Shown piece by piece: positions 49,602-60,508 of a DNA stretch of 64,000 bases. A program made the position numbers and the translations under genes. This DNA comes from Azolla caroliniana. Taxonomy: Eukaryota; Plantae; Polypodiophyta. The DNA lies in contig JBHGNT010000006.1 in the NCBI GenBank assembly GCA_043228905.1, forward strand, positions 11,594,001 to 11,658,000. The letters are read 5' to 3'. Each line of letters begins with the position of its first letter. The first letter of the stretch is position 1. The notes beneath the pieces are model-generated. The model had not been told where the DNA came from. It made no database searches and saw only the letters and a program-made list of their open reading frames with translations.

Positions 49602-52600
49602 GTCCAGCCAAAATAGGAGCCGTTTGGTTGGACAGCCCTAGATCTGTGCAGCCCATTAGTGGTTCCATTCCCTCTAAGCAAGTTAGTGATGTGTTCGTAG
49701 TCCAAGTAGCAGTTAGTACTAAAAGTACCCCTCCAGTACATACCTTAGCCCTTCTAGATTCCGGAGCTAATTCTTGCTTCATGGATAGGAATTTTGCCCG
49801 AGCTCATCAGATATCTCTCAGAAAGCTCCCATGTCCAGCCTCAGTAGTAGTCATTGATGGTCGTCCCATTGCTTCTGGTAATATCATAGAAGAGTCGGAA
49901 CCCGTTAATATTGTCCTAGATAACTTAACATGTGTAGTATCATTTAATATTATTAGTATTCCAGAACATCCCATAGTTTTAGGATTACCATGGTTCGAGT
50001 TACATGACCCAGACATAGATTGGAGGACAAGGGAAATCCGGTTGCGACAAACCCAAGGATCTACCCAGAAGGTTGCAACCATTTCGCTACGTCAGTTGCG
50101 TGAGGAAGGGCGCAAGGAGGAAATGTTTCTCTTTGCAATATCAGTACAACCCTCCAGCACCACCAAAGAGGAGTCCACCGTTCAACTTCCCGAGAAGTAT
50201 CGTCAGTATGCTGATGTGTTCGATAAAGTACAAGCCAACACACTTCCTCATCATCGGCCGTACGACTGCGCCATCGATTTACAACCGGGAAAAGAGCCGC
50301 CATGGGGGCCGATCTACAATTTGTCACCAACCGAGCTAGAAGTCCTTCGAGCCTATATAGAGGAGAATTTGGAGAACGGTTTCATTCGGCATTCGAAATC
50401 TCCAGCCGGCGCACCCATTTTCTTCGTCAAGAAAAAAGATGGCTCGCTTCGACTCGTTGTAGATTACCGTGGCTTGAATAAGGTCACAGTAAGAAATAGG
50501 TATGCTCTTCCCCTTATCTCAAGTCTTTTAGAACGGATCAACGGTGCTAGGTTCTTCACGAAGATCGACTTACGAGGAGCCTATAACCTCGTACGGATCC
50601 GACCAGGAGATGAATGGAAGACCGCGTTTCGCACCAGATATGGGCACTTCGAGTATACGGTCATGCCGTTCGGACTCACTAATGCGCCGGCAGTCTTCCA
50701 GCACATGGCGAATGATATATTTCGAGACCTCTTGGATGATTTTTTGATCATCTATTTGGATGATCTACTGGTTTATTCAAAGACCCAAGAAGAACATGAT
50801 TCTCATGTACTATTAGTACTAAAACGACTTCGAGAACATGGTCTGTATGCAAAGTTAGAGAAATGTAGTTTCGGGTGCAACCAAGTGGAGTTTCTCGGCT
50901 ATGTCATCTCCTCAGAAGGCATATCTATGGACCCAGCCAAGGTCAAAACGGTGATAGAATGGCACACTCCGCGTTCGGTGCGGGATGTGCAATGCTTCCT
51001 AGGCTTTGCAAATTTCTACCGGAAGTTCATACAAAATTACTCAAAAATTGTGCTGCCTCTCACACAGCTCACCAGGAAGGGACAATCATTCATTTGGTCT
51101 AAAGAGACGGACATGGCTTTCGAGAGTCTTAAGAAGGCGTTTACATCAGCTCCAATTTTAGGTCATGTGGATCCGGAAAAACCATTCATTATCGAAGCTG
51201 ATGCATCGGATTTCGCATTGGGGAGCATTCTGTCACAACAGGGTAACGACGAGAAGCTACATCCTGTGGCTTTCCACTCCCGTAAGTTTGACGCCGCCGA
51301 AATCAACTACGAAATTCATGATAAAGAGCTATTAGCAATAGTTGATTCTTTTATGCAATGGAGGCATTTCCTGGAGGGATCTCCTCATCAGGTCACTGTA
51401 TTCAGTGACCACAAGAACCTTGCCTACTTTCAAGATGCTCGTGTACTGAATCGACGTCAAGCTCGGTGGGCCCATTTCCTCACACGCTTCGACTTCAAAA
51501 TTACATATCGTCCGGGGAAGCACCAAGGGAAGGCAGATGCATTATCACGGCGTTCGTATCTAACACCACGTCCCGGTGAGCCAGCTTTCGATAACCAGAA
51601 GCAAGTAATCTTGGGTCCAGCACGACTGCAAGCAGCACAGATCTTTGACATGCCCGTGGATTCCGACATTACCAATACTATACGTGAGGACTTGAAGACT
51701 GACGCTTTCGCCCAAGCTATACTAGCACAAATTGACCCCTCTCGAGCGTCATGTTCACAATCACAATCACCAGGTACGGATTATCGGCAATTCAAATACT
51801 GTGATGGATTACTCTTCTTTAAAGAACTTTTGTATGTTCCTAATGGTTCTTGCCGCCTTCGAGTAGTACAAAACTGCCATGACACATATACAGCAGGACA
51901 TTTTGGTAGTACTAAAACATTAGATTTAGTACAACGATCATTCTGGTGGCCCCGTATGCGACAATTTGTCGAAGATTTTGTTCGGACTTGCGATACATGC
52001 TGCAGAGCGAAAATGCCAAGACATCATCCATATGGTTTATTAGAACCATTACCAATTCCAAGCAAGCCATGGCAATCCATTGCTCTTGACTTCATTACAG
52101 ATCTTCCAGTCTCTAAGGGATTCAGTGCGATTCTCACAGTGGTGGATCGATATACGAAGATGGCTCATTTCTTACCATGTACTAAAGAAATATCTAGTGA
52201 AGACACCGCCGAAATTGTCATGCGGGAAGTATGTCGGCATCATGGACTCCCTGATAATATCATCAGCGATCGTGGACCCCAGTTTGTGTCAAAATTCTGG
52301 AAGCACCTTTTTAAAATGCTGAAGGTCACTTGTAACCTCTCCTCCGGCTACCACCCACAAACCGACGGTCAAGCCGAACGAACAAATCAAACACTGGAGC
52401 AGTATCTGCGGTGCTTTCTCAACTATCATCAGAATGACTGGGCAGATATTCTTCCGTTCGCCGAATTTGCCTATAATAACGCTATCCACGCATCGACTAA
52501 AGTCACGCCATTCTACGCTTATACGGGATATCATCCCCGGTGGTGTGTCCTTGAAACCCCAGAAGTGTCCACAAATCCTTGCGCGGAGGATCGTTTGGAG

Positions 52601-53185
52601 CGGTTACGCAAGATACAAGCGGATTTATCTACTCAACTCCAGCAAGCTCAACAATCACACAAGGACTACGCAGATCGTCATCGACTTCCATCCAGTTTTA
52701 ACATTGGAGATCGGGTGTGGCTGCTACGACGACACATCAAGACTACTCGCCCATGTGAGAAGTTGGATTATCGACGATTAGGTCCTTTCCGTATTATCGG
52801 GAAGATTAATGATGTCGCTTTTCGTCTCGAGCTACCTCCGCAACTTCGGATACACCCGGTGTTTCATAGTTCTCTCCTCGAACCCTATCACGAGAGCACT
52901 ATGCCAGGACGTACTATACAACCTCCACCTCCTATCGAGCTCGAAGATGGACCTGAGTATGAGGTCGCTGCCATCCTCGATTCCAAGATTGTTCGCAACA
53001 AGCTCTACTATCTAGTCGATTGGCTAGGATATAGTCCCAGCGAGCGTACTTGGGAACCGATCGAGAATGTGACCAATGCTCGTGCTCTTCTAGAAGACTT
53101 CCATCGACGATATCCCGAGAAACCGGGTCCTCAATCCAAAACGACTCGTGAAACTCGTCGTTTTAAAGGGGGGATAGTGTCATAA
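49595..53185 (+). CDS. pol: Pol of chromovirus F (PR-RT-RNaseH-integrase-chromodomain), reached by a -1 frameshift
   Basis: ALLDSGA, YLDDLL, ADASD, HHCC and DDE integrase, GPF motif, chromodomain EYEVAAILD...YLVDWLGY...TWEP; the frame is open from 49595. Confidence 0.95.
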   Translation, partial: RLSPAKIGAVWLDSPRSVQPISGSIPSKQVSDVFVVQVAVSTKSTPPVHTLALLDSGANSCFMDRNFARAHQISLRKLPCPASVVVIDGRPIASGNIIEESEPVNIVLDNLTCVVSFNIISIPEHPIVLGLPWFELHDPDIDWRTREIRLRQTQGSTQKVATISLRQLREEGRKEEMFLFAISVQPSSTTKEESTVQLPEKYRQYADVFDKVQANTLPHHRPYDCAIDLQPGKEPPWGPIYNLSPTELEVLRAYIEENLENGFIRHSKSPAGAPIFFVKKKDGSLRLVVDYRGLNKVTVRNRYALPLISSLLERINGARFFTKIDLRGAYNLVRIRPGDEWKTAFRTRYGHFEYTVMPFGLTNAPAVFQHMANDIFRDLLDDFLIIYLDDLLVYSKTQEEHDSHVLLVLKRLREHGLYAKLEKCSFGCNQVEFLGYVISSEGISMDPAKVKTVIEWHTPRSVRDVQCFLGFANFYRKFIQNYSKIVLPLTQLTRKGQSFIWSKETDMAFESLKKAFTSAPILGHVDPEKPFIIEADASDFALGSILSQQGNDEKLHPVAFHSRKFDAAEINYEIHDKELLAIVDSFMQWRHFLEGSPHQVTVFSDHKNLAYFQDARVLNRRQARWAHFLTRFDFKITYRPGKHQGKADALSRRSYLTPRPGEPAFDNQKQVILGPARLQAAQIFDMPVDSDITNTIREDLKTDAFAQAILAQIDPSRASCSQSQSPGTDYRQFKYCDGLLFFKELLYVPNGSCRLRVVQNCHDTYTAGHFGSTKTLDLVQRSFWWPRMRQFVEDFVRTCDTCCRAKMPRHHPYGLLEPLPIPSKPWQSIALDFITDLPVSKGFSAILTVVDRYTKMAHFLPCTKEISSEDTAEIVMREVCRHHGLPDNIISDRGPQFVSKFWKHLFKMLKVTCNLSSGYHPQTDGQAERTNQTLEQYLRCFLNYHQNDWADILPFAEFAYNNAIHASTKVTPFYAYTGYHPRWCVLETPEVSTNPCAEDRLERLRKIQADLSTQLQQAQQSHKDYADRHRLPSSFNIGDRVWLLRRHIKTTRPCEKLDYRRLGPFRIIGKINDVAFRLELPPQLRIHPVFHSSLLEPYHESTMPGRTIQPPPPIELEDGPEYEVAAILDSKIVRNKLYYLVDWLGYSPSERTWEPIENVTNARALLEDFHRRYPEKPGPQSKTTRETRRFKGGIVS

Positions 53186-53467
53186 CTAGACTCGAACCCA
53201 TAACCTTTTGTTACACGGGTCGAGACTTTACCATTAGGTTATGAGTTGTAATTTGAAGGATATTATTTTCATTTAGGTTTTATTAGGAAATTGATGTATA
53301 TTCCGGATTTCTCTGGAACATTCTAGAAACTTCAGGAGTATTCCTGAAGACACTATAAAAGGAGGCGCAAGGCATTAGTTCGAACCAAATCGGTTCAACG
53401 CCAGTCTTAAGCCTTCTAACTACTGTTGTATATCTTCCGTCATATAATACATATATCTTTCGCATCA

Positions 53468-53511
<44 letters not shown>

Positions 53512-54876
53512 ACTCATTCCTTCTCTCAAAGTTCGACACCTCTCATAGTACTAATCCTTCTCTGTCTTAGTACTATTCCCCAACAATAGTACTAATCCTT
53601 CTTTTAGTACTAATTCCTTCTCTGCCTTAATAGAGTTCCTGACAGGTGCGAGCCAATCATGAAAGGAATCGAGATAGTCTCGGAGGCGAATCCTCGGATT
53701 TTTAGAGCGGACTATTGAAGCATGGGGCACAAATAGTCCGAGCAATCACAAGACCCCACAAGAAAGAAGAGTGCGTGGATTGCAAGGAGAAGCAACATGT
53801 GTCACACCTAGTGGCGCATGTAAACTAGTACACTACCCGACAAGAAGCACAAGTGCCGGATACAAGAATTCGAGAAGATGTTGAAAGAAGAGAATATAAT
53901 AGAAGAAGGAGAGTTCGTGACTCATATTATGGAAGAAGCCTCATTTAACGACACCATCGGCGAAATCGAGGACGTCGTGGACTTGAGCTATCTTCACAAC
54001 CAACGCGTTGTCGAGATATTATGCAAGTGCGTGTGGAATCGAGGCGGGACCGCGGGGGTCTCGAACCAAAGAGCAAGCGAGGGAGGGGAAAGAGAGAGAG
54101 TACCGGCTACGCAGGACCGGGGATACACGGGGACACGGCCCTTCAGCACGGAGAACGCGAACAGACACCGACACAGACAGATGCGAATGACTAAATATGT
54201 GTATTAACAAAAAAAATGGCTAACACGACTACAACCCTCGATGGGGCACAGGTTGGTTACAACCGATCAGGCCGGCGAACAGATGCCGATGCCTGTTCGC
54301 TTCGACGCACAAACGGGGTAGCAGGTCGGAGGTGCTGCCGGAAGCACTCGGGCGTTCCTCGAAACAGCGCGAGCCTCCTCGGAACCCTGCACAGAGAGCT
54401 ATGGAGCTCAAGAAGGAAGGAAACAGAGAGAGAAGCGTCCAGAAACGGTCCGACAGCACTTCGTCCTCTCTGCGCGAGATGCCCCCAACAGCTCTTTCCT
54501 GCTCCTTATATATATATCGACGAGCAGGCCGTCATGTCAGCTTTATTCCCTGTCCAGGGACAGGGATCCGCTCCGTTCTTTACGCATCCGCGTAGTTACG
54601 CCGCCGACTCGTACAGTTCCTTAACTCGCGCGCGCGACCGAAAAGACTGTTCGCGCGGCGTTTGTCTCCACTTGTGTTAGGGCCCGTTCCTGCCGATTAT
54701 CCTCCTAATTCGCTTTTATGTACTACTTGGAGCTTGCGCGCGTGAAGAACCGGTTCCCACGCCTAGGTGCGCCGATTCCTCCTATGGACGGTTTTCTTCG
54801 CGACATCCGCCCCCACCTAACCGCGCATCCTCCGGTATGCGCCAAGAGAGTTGGGACGGAGAAAACCGGCCCGTCT

Positions 54877-57800
54877 TCATTCCTCGCCCGTCGGTTCTTC
54901 CTCGTTTCCGGATCGTTCGTCACTGCTGACTAGGAGAGCCGGGTCCGGCTCGTCGTCATGTCGCTTCTTGAACGCTTTGATCCGCTTCCCTGCAACCGGT
55001 ATCGCCACTCTCGTGCCGTCAAGTTCCGCCAGGTGATATGTCCCGTTGTCATTGGCGCTCCGTACCACGTAAGGCCCGAACCACCTTCGTGCGAACTTTC
55101 GTGTGGCTCGGTGCTGGTTGTCGAGGCTGCTGTCGTAGACGAGCACCCAGTCACCTTCTTCGATTTTCTTCGGTCGGAGCCGGTGCGTTCGGTCGAACCT
55201 GGCTTTGTTCTTTGCCCTCGCCACCCGGAGCCTCTCCGCAGCCAGTTCCACGTCCTCCGGTCTCCGCTCGAGCTGTCGTATACGCGCGGCCAACAACTCC
55301 TCCCGGTTCATCTCGTCCCTCCAGTCGACCGTTGCCCACGAGGAGATCGTCCGTTCCATCGGCATGATCGGCTTCTGGCCGAACATGAGCTCCGTCGGCA
55401 TGTACCCGGTTACAGAACTGTGCGTGGTCCGGTCTGCCCACAAGGCATAAGGTAGCAGCCGCGGCCAGTTACCGACTTGGCCTCCGCATGCCCGAACCAA
55501 CGCCTTGACGATCGGCCCGTGTCCGCGCTCCACCTTCCCATTCGCCTCCGGATTGTACGCAGTGGTGAGCGAGAGCTTGACTCCCAGCCGGTCGAACAGC
55601 TCCGCGGCTTCTTCGGCGTCCAACTCCCCTCGGTCAGCCACGATCTTCCCGACGCACCCGTACCGGCATATCACGTCTTCGATTAGGAACCGGCATACGG
55701 CCGCGGTCGTTTTGTTCGGAAGGGCCCGGCCTTCCACCTGGTTCGTCAGATCCTCCCGCGCTAGGACCAGGTACCGCATCTGTCCTACTCCCATTGGCAT
55801 CGTTACCAGATCTACCATCCATTTGAAGTGGATGGTCGGAGGGTACGTGGGGTGAAGCTCGTCCCGATGTCGGACTATGGAGTGCATCTGACAGCTCTCG
55901 CAAGTTGTCACGAACCGATGCACGTCCTGGTACTGCCCCGGCCACCAATACTTCCCCTTCAGTTTCTCAAACGTAGCCCATGTTCCACGGTGTCCGGCCC
56001 AAGGGCTGTCGTGGTAGGCCGTCAGCAGCTCCTCCTGTTCTTCCTTCATCGCCACCACCCGGAGCGGAGCGCCGTCCCTCTTCTTCGGGTGCTTCCATAG
56101 GTAGCCATCCCGGAGAAAGAACCGGTACGCTTTCCTCCAGATCCGGTTGGCCTCGTCCTTCGTCCATGACGCATCCGGCGCCATTGTCCTCAAGAACCCG
56201 CCGATCTGCAGCCACTCCCCGTCGTACTTGATCGCGTCGAAGTCGTTAAGCGCCGGAGTGCTCGACCCGCCGGTTGTTACATACGCAGTCTCGAAGAAGT
56301 CCACGCCGACCTCTTCGTCCTCCGAGACCATGCCGCCCTCGTCCTCGAATCTCGCCCTTGAAAGCATGTCGGCCATGGCGTTGTCTTTCCCGGAAATGTG
56401 TCGTATTACCGGGTCTAGGGACTTGATGTACGCTATCCACCTGAGCATTGCCAGGTCCGGCGTCGCGCATCCGGAAACCATGCCGAGAATCGGCATGCAA
56501 TCCGTCTCTATGATTACCTCCGTCCCGATCAGATAGTCCTTGTCGGCCTTCACCGCCGAAACGATACCCCAGAGTTCGCGCTTAACCTGGGCATATCCCC
56601 GTTGCCGCTCACTGAGGACCTTCGCGCCGAATCGGATTGGAAACCGATTGCCGTCCCCGTCTTCTTGGTTGACGACCCACCCGATTCCGGTCGGACTCGT
56701 GTCAACCGTTATGTACACTGGGGTGCCCTTCCCGTAGACGGCCTTTCGGAGGGCCGGTGCTGCCGAAAGAGCCTCCTTCAGCTTCCGGACCGACTCCGCG
56801 TGCTTGTCTAGCCATTCGAATCTTCGCCCTTTCTTCAATAATCCGTACAGCGGCTCCGCGACGTGCGCGTAATGCGGGATCCATATGTGATAGAATGCGC
56901 ATGCCCCCAGGAATCTTCGTACTTCCGTGACCGAGCTGCAGTCGGGCTTCATCGCGGAGATGGCTTCTACCTTTGCCGGAGACGGTTTCCGGCCATACGG
57001 CCCACATAAGTGTCCGACCACCATGATTTCCGACTGCCCGAAGGCAGACTTCTCCCCCGAGAAGGTGAGCCTCGCATCCTCTAGCCTTTGCAGCACCTTC
57101 TCGCAGTCGTCGATGTGCCTTACCACGAATCGCCGGCATCCGTCCGGCCCGATCGTCTCGTCCCTCTCTTCTACCGGGCATCCCTTGATCGGGATGTCGT
57201 CTAGAAACGGCATGGTGATGTCCGGGATGCAGTCCCTCAGCACCTTGTTCATTGCATTCACCATGTGGGCCACCGAGTTGGTCCCTCCTTGCGGCAGCGT
57301 ACACATCCGCACGAGGCCGAGGGGAGTTCGCATCGTCGTGATGTCTCTGCTCTCCACGGCTAGCTGGAACTGGTCGTACCCTGAGTATAGATCACCAACC
57401 GAGTAAATCGACCTTCCGGCGAAGGCCTCCGCGAACTCGTCTATGGTCGGTCCGATCCCCGCGTTCCGAATGGTCACTCTATTGACCGGCTGCAGGTCCT
57501 GAATGAAGCGCAATGATCCGTTTTTCTTTGGTACGGTAAACCATCGGTTTGAATATGGGGCGCTCGATGGCTCGAGAATGCCCATATCAACTTTCTGCTT
57601 CAACAGCTCCATCAACTTCGGGATGTGAGCTCTCGGAACCGAAATTGGCTTGAGATTCCACGGTACATGAGGTACCGTGAATATCACCATCGGCTCTACG
57701 ATCGTCGGGTCCACGCACCCGATTTCCTCCGGCGAGAATGCGAAGGCTTTCCCGTGCCTTCCGAGCATTCTCCGGAACCGGTCTTCCTCCACCGGCAGTA

Positions 57801-58359
57801 GGAACCCGCCCCCACCGATCTTCAGCTCGCGGAGCGTCTCGTTGGTGAAGGTGTGTCCTATGCAGGCCGGATCTCGTAAGCTGGGGTCCGATGCAACCCA
57901 TTTGATTCGGGATTCGCTGCCCTCCGGTAAGGGCGCCGCAACTGGCCTCACCTTCCGGTCCACCGTCTTGTACTTGGTGCTCACTCGGGCCGTCCGTTCC
58001 GACTCGAGCCCTCGACCGAAGTCCGCGATGACTTCGTACATTTCTTCGGAACATACCGGTATCGTCCGGTCTTCGTTAAGGTCTTCTTCGACTACCTTCC
58101 CCAGCATCCCCAAGGTGTCGTCGAAGGAGACTGCCTCCACGGCTCCGTTGATTCCTTCGTCAGGGCCGAGAACTCCGCACGCCCGAAGTCTCCCCTCCGT
58201 CTTTGTTTTCTCTCGGCCGGTGATGCCGACCATCGTACATGCTCCGCTGTCGGAGAAGCAAAATTTCCTACCTACTGTACACGGTTTTATCGTACAGATG
58301 TGGGGGTTTCCCGGAGCATCCGGACTGTCGCGGCCCCACGCCTTGGCAGTCCTCTCTAA
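54877..58359 (-). CDS. pol: Pol (RT-RNaseH-integrase) of gypsy G
   Basis: 1118-aa ORF extendable upstream to the slippery site; PFLDDIPIKG, VDTSPTGIG, HDSPWAGHRG..CESCQ, GKVERGH and WFGPY motifs; no chromodomain seen. Confidence 0.92.
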   Translation of the reverse strand, partial: LERTAKAWGRDSPDAPGNPHICTIKPCTVGRKFCFSDSGACTMVGITGREKTKTEGRLRACGVLGPDEGINGAVEAVSFDDTLGMLGKVVEEDLNEDRTIPVCSEEMYEVIADFGRGLESERTARVSTKYKTVDRKVRPVAAPLPEGSESRIKWVASDPSLRDPACIGHTFTNETLRELKIGGGGFLLPVEEDRFRRMLGRHGKAFAFSPEEIGCVDPTIVEPMVIFTVPHVPWNLKPISVPRAHIPKLMELLKQKVDMGILEPSSAPYSNRWFTVPKKNGSLRFIQDLQPVNRVTIRNAGIGPTIDEFAEAFAGRSIYSVGDLYSGYDQFQLAVESRDITTMRTPLGLVRMCTLPQGGTNSVAHMVNAMNKVLRDCIPDITMPFLDDIPIKGCPVEERDETIGPDGCRRFVVRHIDDCEKVLQRLEDARLTFSGEKSAFGQSEIMVVGHLCGPYGRKPSPAKVEAISAMKPDCSSVTEVRRFLGACAFYHIWIPHYAHVAEPLYGLLKKGRRFEWLDKHAESVRKLKEALSAAPALRKAVYGKGTPVYITVDTSPTGIGWVVNQEDGDGNRFPIRFGAKVLSERQRGYAQVKRELWGIVSAVKADKDYLIGTEVIIETDCMPILGMVSGCATPDLAMLRWIAYIKSLDPVIRHISGKDNAMADMLSRARFEDEGGMVSEDEEVGVDFFETAYVTTGGSSTPALNDFDAIKYDGEWLQIGGFLRTMAPDASWTKDEANRIWRKAYRFFLRDGYLWKHPKKRDGAPLRVVAMKEEQEELLTAYHDSPWAGHRGTWATFEKLKGKYWWPGQYQDVHRFVTTCESCQMHSIVRHRDELHPTYPPTIHFKWMVDLVTMPMGVGQMRYLVLAREDLTNQVEGRALPNKTTAAVCRFLIEDVICRYGCVGKIVADRGELDAEEAAELFDRLGVKLSLTTAYNPEANGKVERGHGPIVKALVRACGGQVGNWPRLLPYALWADRTTHSSVTGYMPTELMFGQKPIMPMERTISSWATVDWRDEMNREELLAARIRQLERRPEDVELAAERLRVARAKNKARFDRTHRLRPKKIEEGDWVLVYDSSLDNQHRATRKFARRWFGPYVVRSANDNGTYHLAELDGTRVAIPVAGKRIKAFKKRHDDEPDPALLVSSDERSGNEEEPTGEE

Positions 58360-60508
58360 AAATCCTCTCGGTTTTCGGAACCGAGGGAATCGCGGTTACG
58401 TTCGTGGTTCGGCCGTACCGTCAGAAACTGGACCGAATGGCGCCCGTCTTGGCTTTTGACCCTTGCGTAGGCCGAACCATTGTCCAGCACTTTGGTCTCC
58501 ATTCGCGCCGCCGTGATGTACGGCTCTCCCAGAATGACCGGATGCGAGGACGTCTCCTGCACGAAGAAGTGCTGGTCAATCTCGACGTCGCCGATCTTGA
58601 CTCGCACATTCGGACAGGCCCCGTGCAGTTCCTCGGTGGTGCGCGTTGCTGCCCTTATTTTCCACCCGTGCTTGGTGTTGATCGGCCATTTGCCCTTCTT
58701 ATAGAAGTCCATGGACATCAAATTGATCTCCGATCCGTGGTCCACCAAAGCTATCACCGGTTCCTGGACATCGCCGATCTTCACCGGGGTTTCCGTGGTC
58801 GCTCGGGCCCAGTGTGGTCTCGAATAGTGGCTTTCCGCCCACTCGTCTCCCAGCGCCATGTCGTCTAGGTGCGTCGTCCGCACTTCCACCGGTCTTTCCG
58901 GTTCTGTCTCCGTCGACAGCCTCTTCCGTTTCACCAAGTTCACGATGGAGTCGTGGAACTCCTTCTTGGCGATTCCCAGCACCTCTCGTAACGACAGCTC
59001 TACCTTGCTGTCGAGGATCCGTTCCTCCAGGACCTTTCGTAAGTCCGTGGTCCTTTCTATCTCCGTCCCCAGACGGTACCCGCCCTTCTGGGGTTTATCT
59101 TGCGTACCGGCCCCGCCGGCTTCGTCCCGTCGTGGCCCGGACCGGGTCTCGTATCGTTGTGAGGGCCCGGTCGTCCCGGGTCTCCCCACCCGCTTCTCTT
59201 CTACCAGAGCCTCGTAGTTCTGGCAAGCGGCTTCCACGAAGCCCGTCCTTTCCTCGACCGGGTCGCTCCACCCGGTCATCTCCCGTACCCGTTTCTCCGC
59301 ACGGTCCGATTCCTCCCCTTTAAGCCTTGCACCGGCAAGGCCTTCCAGCATCGTCGGCCAGAACCCGGCTTTGCTTTCCCTTCGGGCCTCGCCGCCCCCG
59401 ACTCGAATGCCGGCCGACGCCGAGTAGTGAACGGTTTCCGCGTGTCGGGCCGCCGCCTCTTCCATCAACCTTTTCATACCACCTTTTCCGTCGTTTCGGC
59501 TCAGGGCCCTTCGGGTGTCGCTGGCATGCACCCGTCCTTCCCACAGGTACACCACCCTGTTCCTCAGCGCCTCCGCGAAGTCGCCGCAGTCCTTCCGAAT
59601 GTGGCCGACTTCATCGCACCACATGCACCTGTTTCCTGCCGCCGGCCGTCGGTCACGAGCCGGTTCGCCTCCTTCCCTTCGAGCCTGCGCGATTTGGAGG
59701 TCCTTTATCGCCTTCGTCAATGCCTCCAGCGCCGCTCCTCCGGTTGAGCCTCTGACTACGCCGGTCGAAGCCGAACCGGTATCCAACCACTCTCGGGTCT
59801 CTTCCTTTCGCACCTGTGGCGCTGGTTCGAGCTTCCTTGCTGCGACCGAGCCCGACCCGGTTGCACCGTTATCCGCCCATTCTCGCCGTTTGTCGAAATG
59901 GCCACAGACCTTCCTGACAGCCGCCCAGTCGGTAGTGAGCCCTCTTCGGTTTCCAGCAAGAGGCCCACGTGCTCCCGATCCCGTTCGTCGACCGACTTGA
60001 CAAACAGCAAGACCCGGCTCGTGTCCAGGATGGTTCGGTCGAGCGCCGAAAGGCGCGCAAAGTTTTCCTCGAACTCCCGGAGGAGCGCCGACGCGTTTCT
60101 TCCCTTCCCCGGGGACTCCACCCATTCCATGAACCTTCGCTTCGAAAGCCGGAGCGCGTCGTCCAGCCCGTATTTCTCTAGGAGCCGACCTTCGAACTCC
60201 TCCCAAGTACGGCTCTCCGTCCGCACCTCGAGCACCTCCGCATGGATGCTCGGCATCGCCACTCGGGGAAATCCGGCAAGACGCCTTTCTTCCGGAATGT
60301 CCCGCATCAGCATCTCTGCACCGTAGGACGCCAAATACTTCGTGGCATCCTTCCCATCGAACCGGCCGATCGTGCCGACGACCGCCTCAATAGCTCTGTC
60401 GAGGGCACCGGTGATCTCGCGCGCGTTTACAATCCGATCCACGGCCGAAGCCATGGCCTCTGCGAGATCCGACCCCCTCATCTTCTGCTCTTCTGCCGCC
60501 TCTTTCAC
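58356..60508 (-). pseudogene. Gag-protease of gypsy G with one frameshift near 59940
   Basis: FDGKDATKYL in ORF 59756-60508 joins LTTDW...CMWCDEVGHIRKDC...ALVDHGSEINL in ORF 58356-60206; homologous to the E gag. Confidence 0.88.

Larger units (their letters stand above)
47869..53644 (+). mobile_element. Intact chromovirus F (Tcn1/Tf1-sushi-like)
   Basis: LTRs 47869-48341 and 53178-53644 appear identical except for (CT)n length; perfect TSD GGTGC; PPT AAAGGGGGGATAG; uninterrupted gag and pol. Confidence 0.97.

Noticed and set aside
54216-54680. 154-aa ORF duplicated at 60733-61197
   Set aside because: It lies inside the two GC-rich LTRs of G; no recognisable domain.
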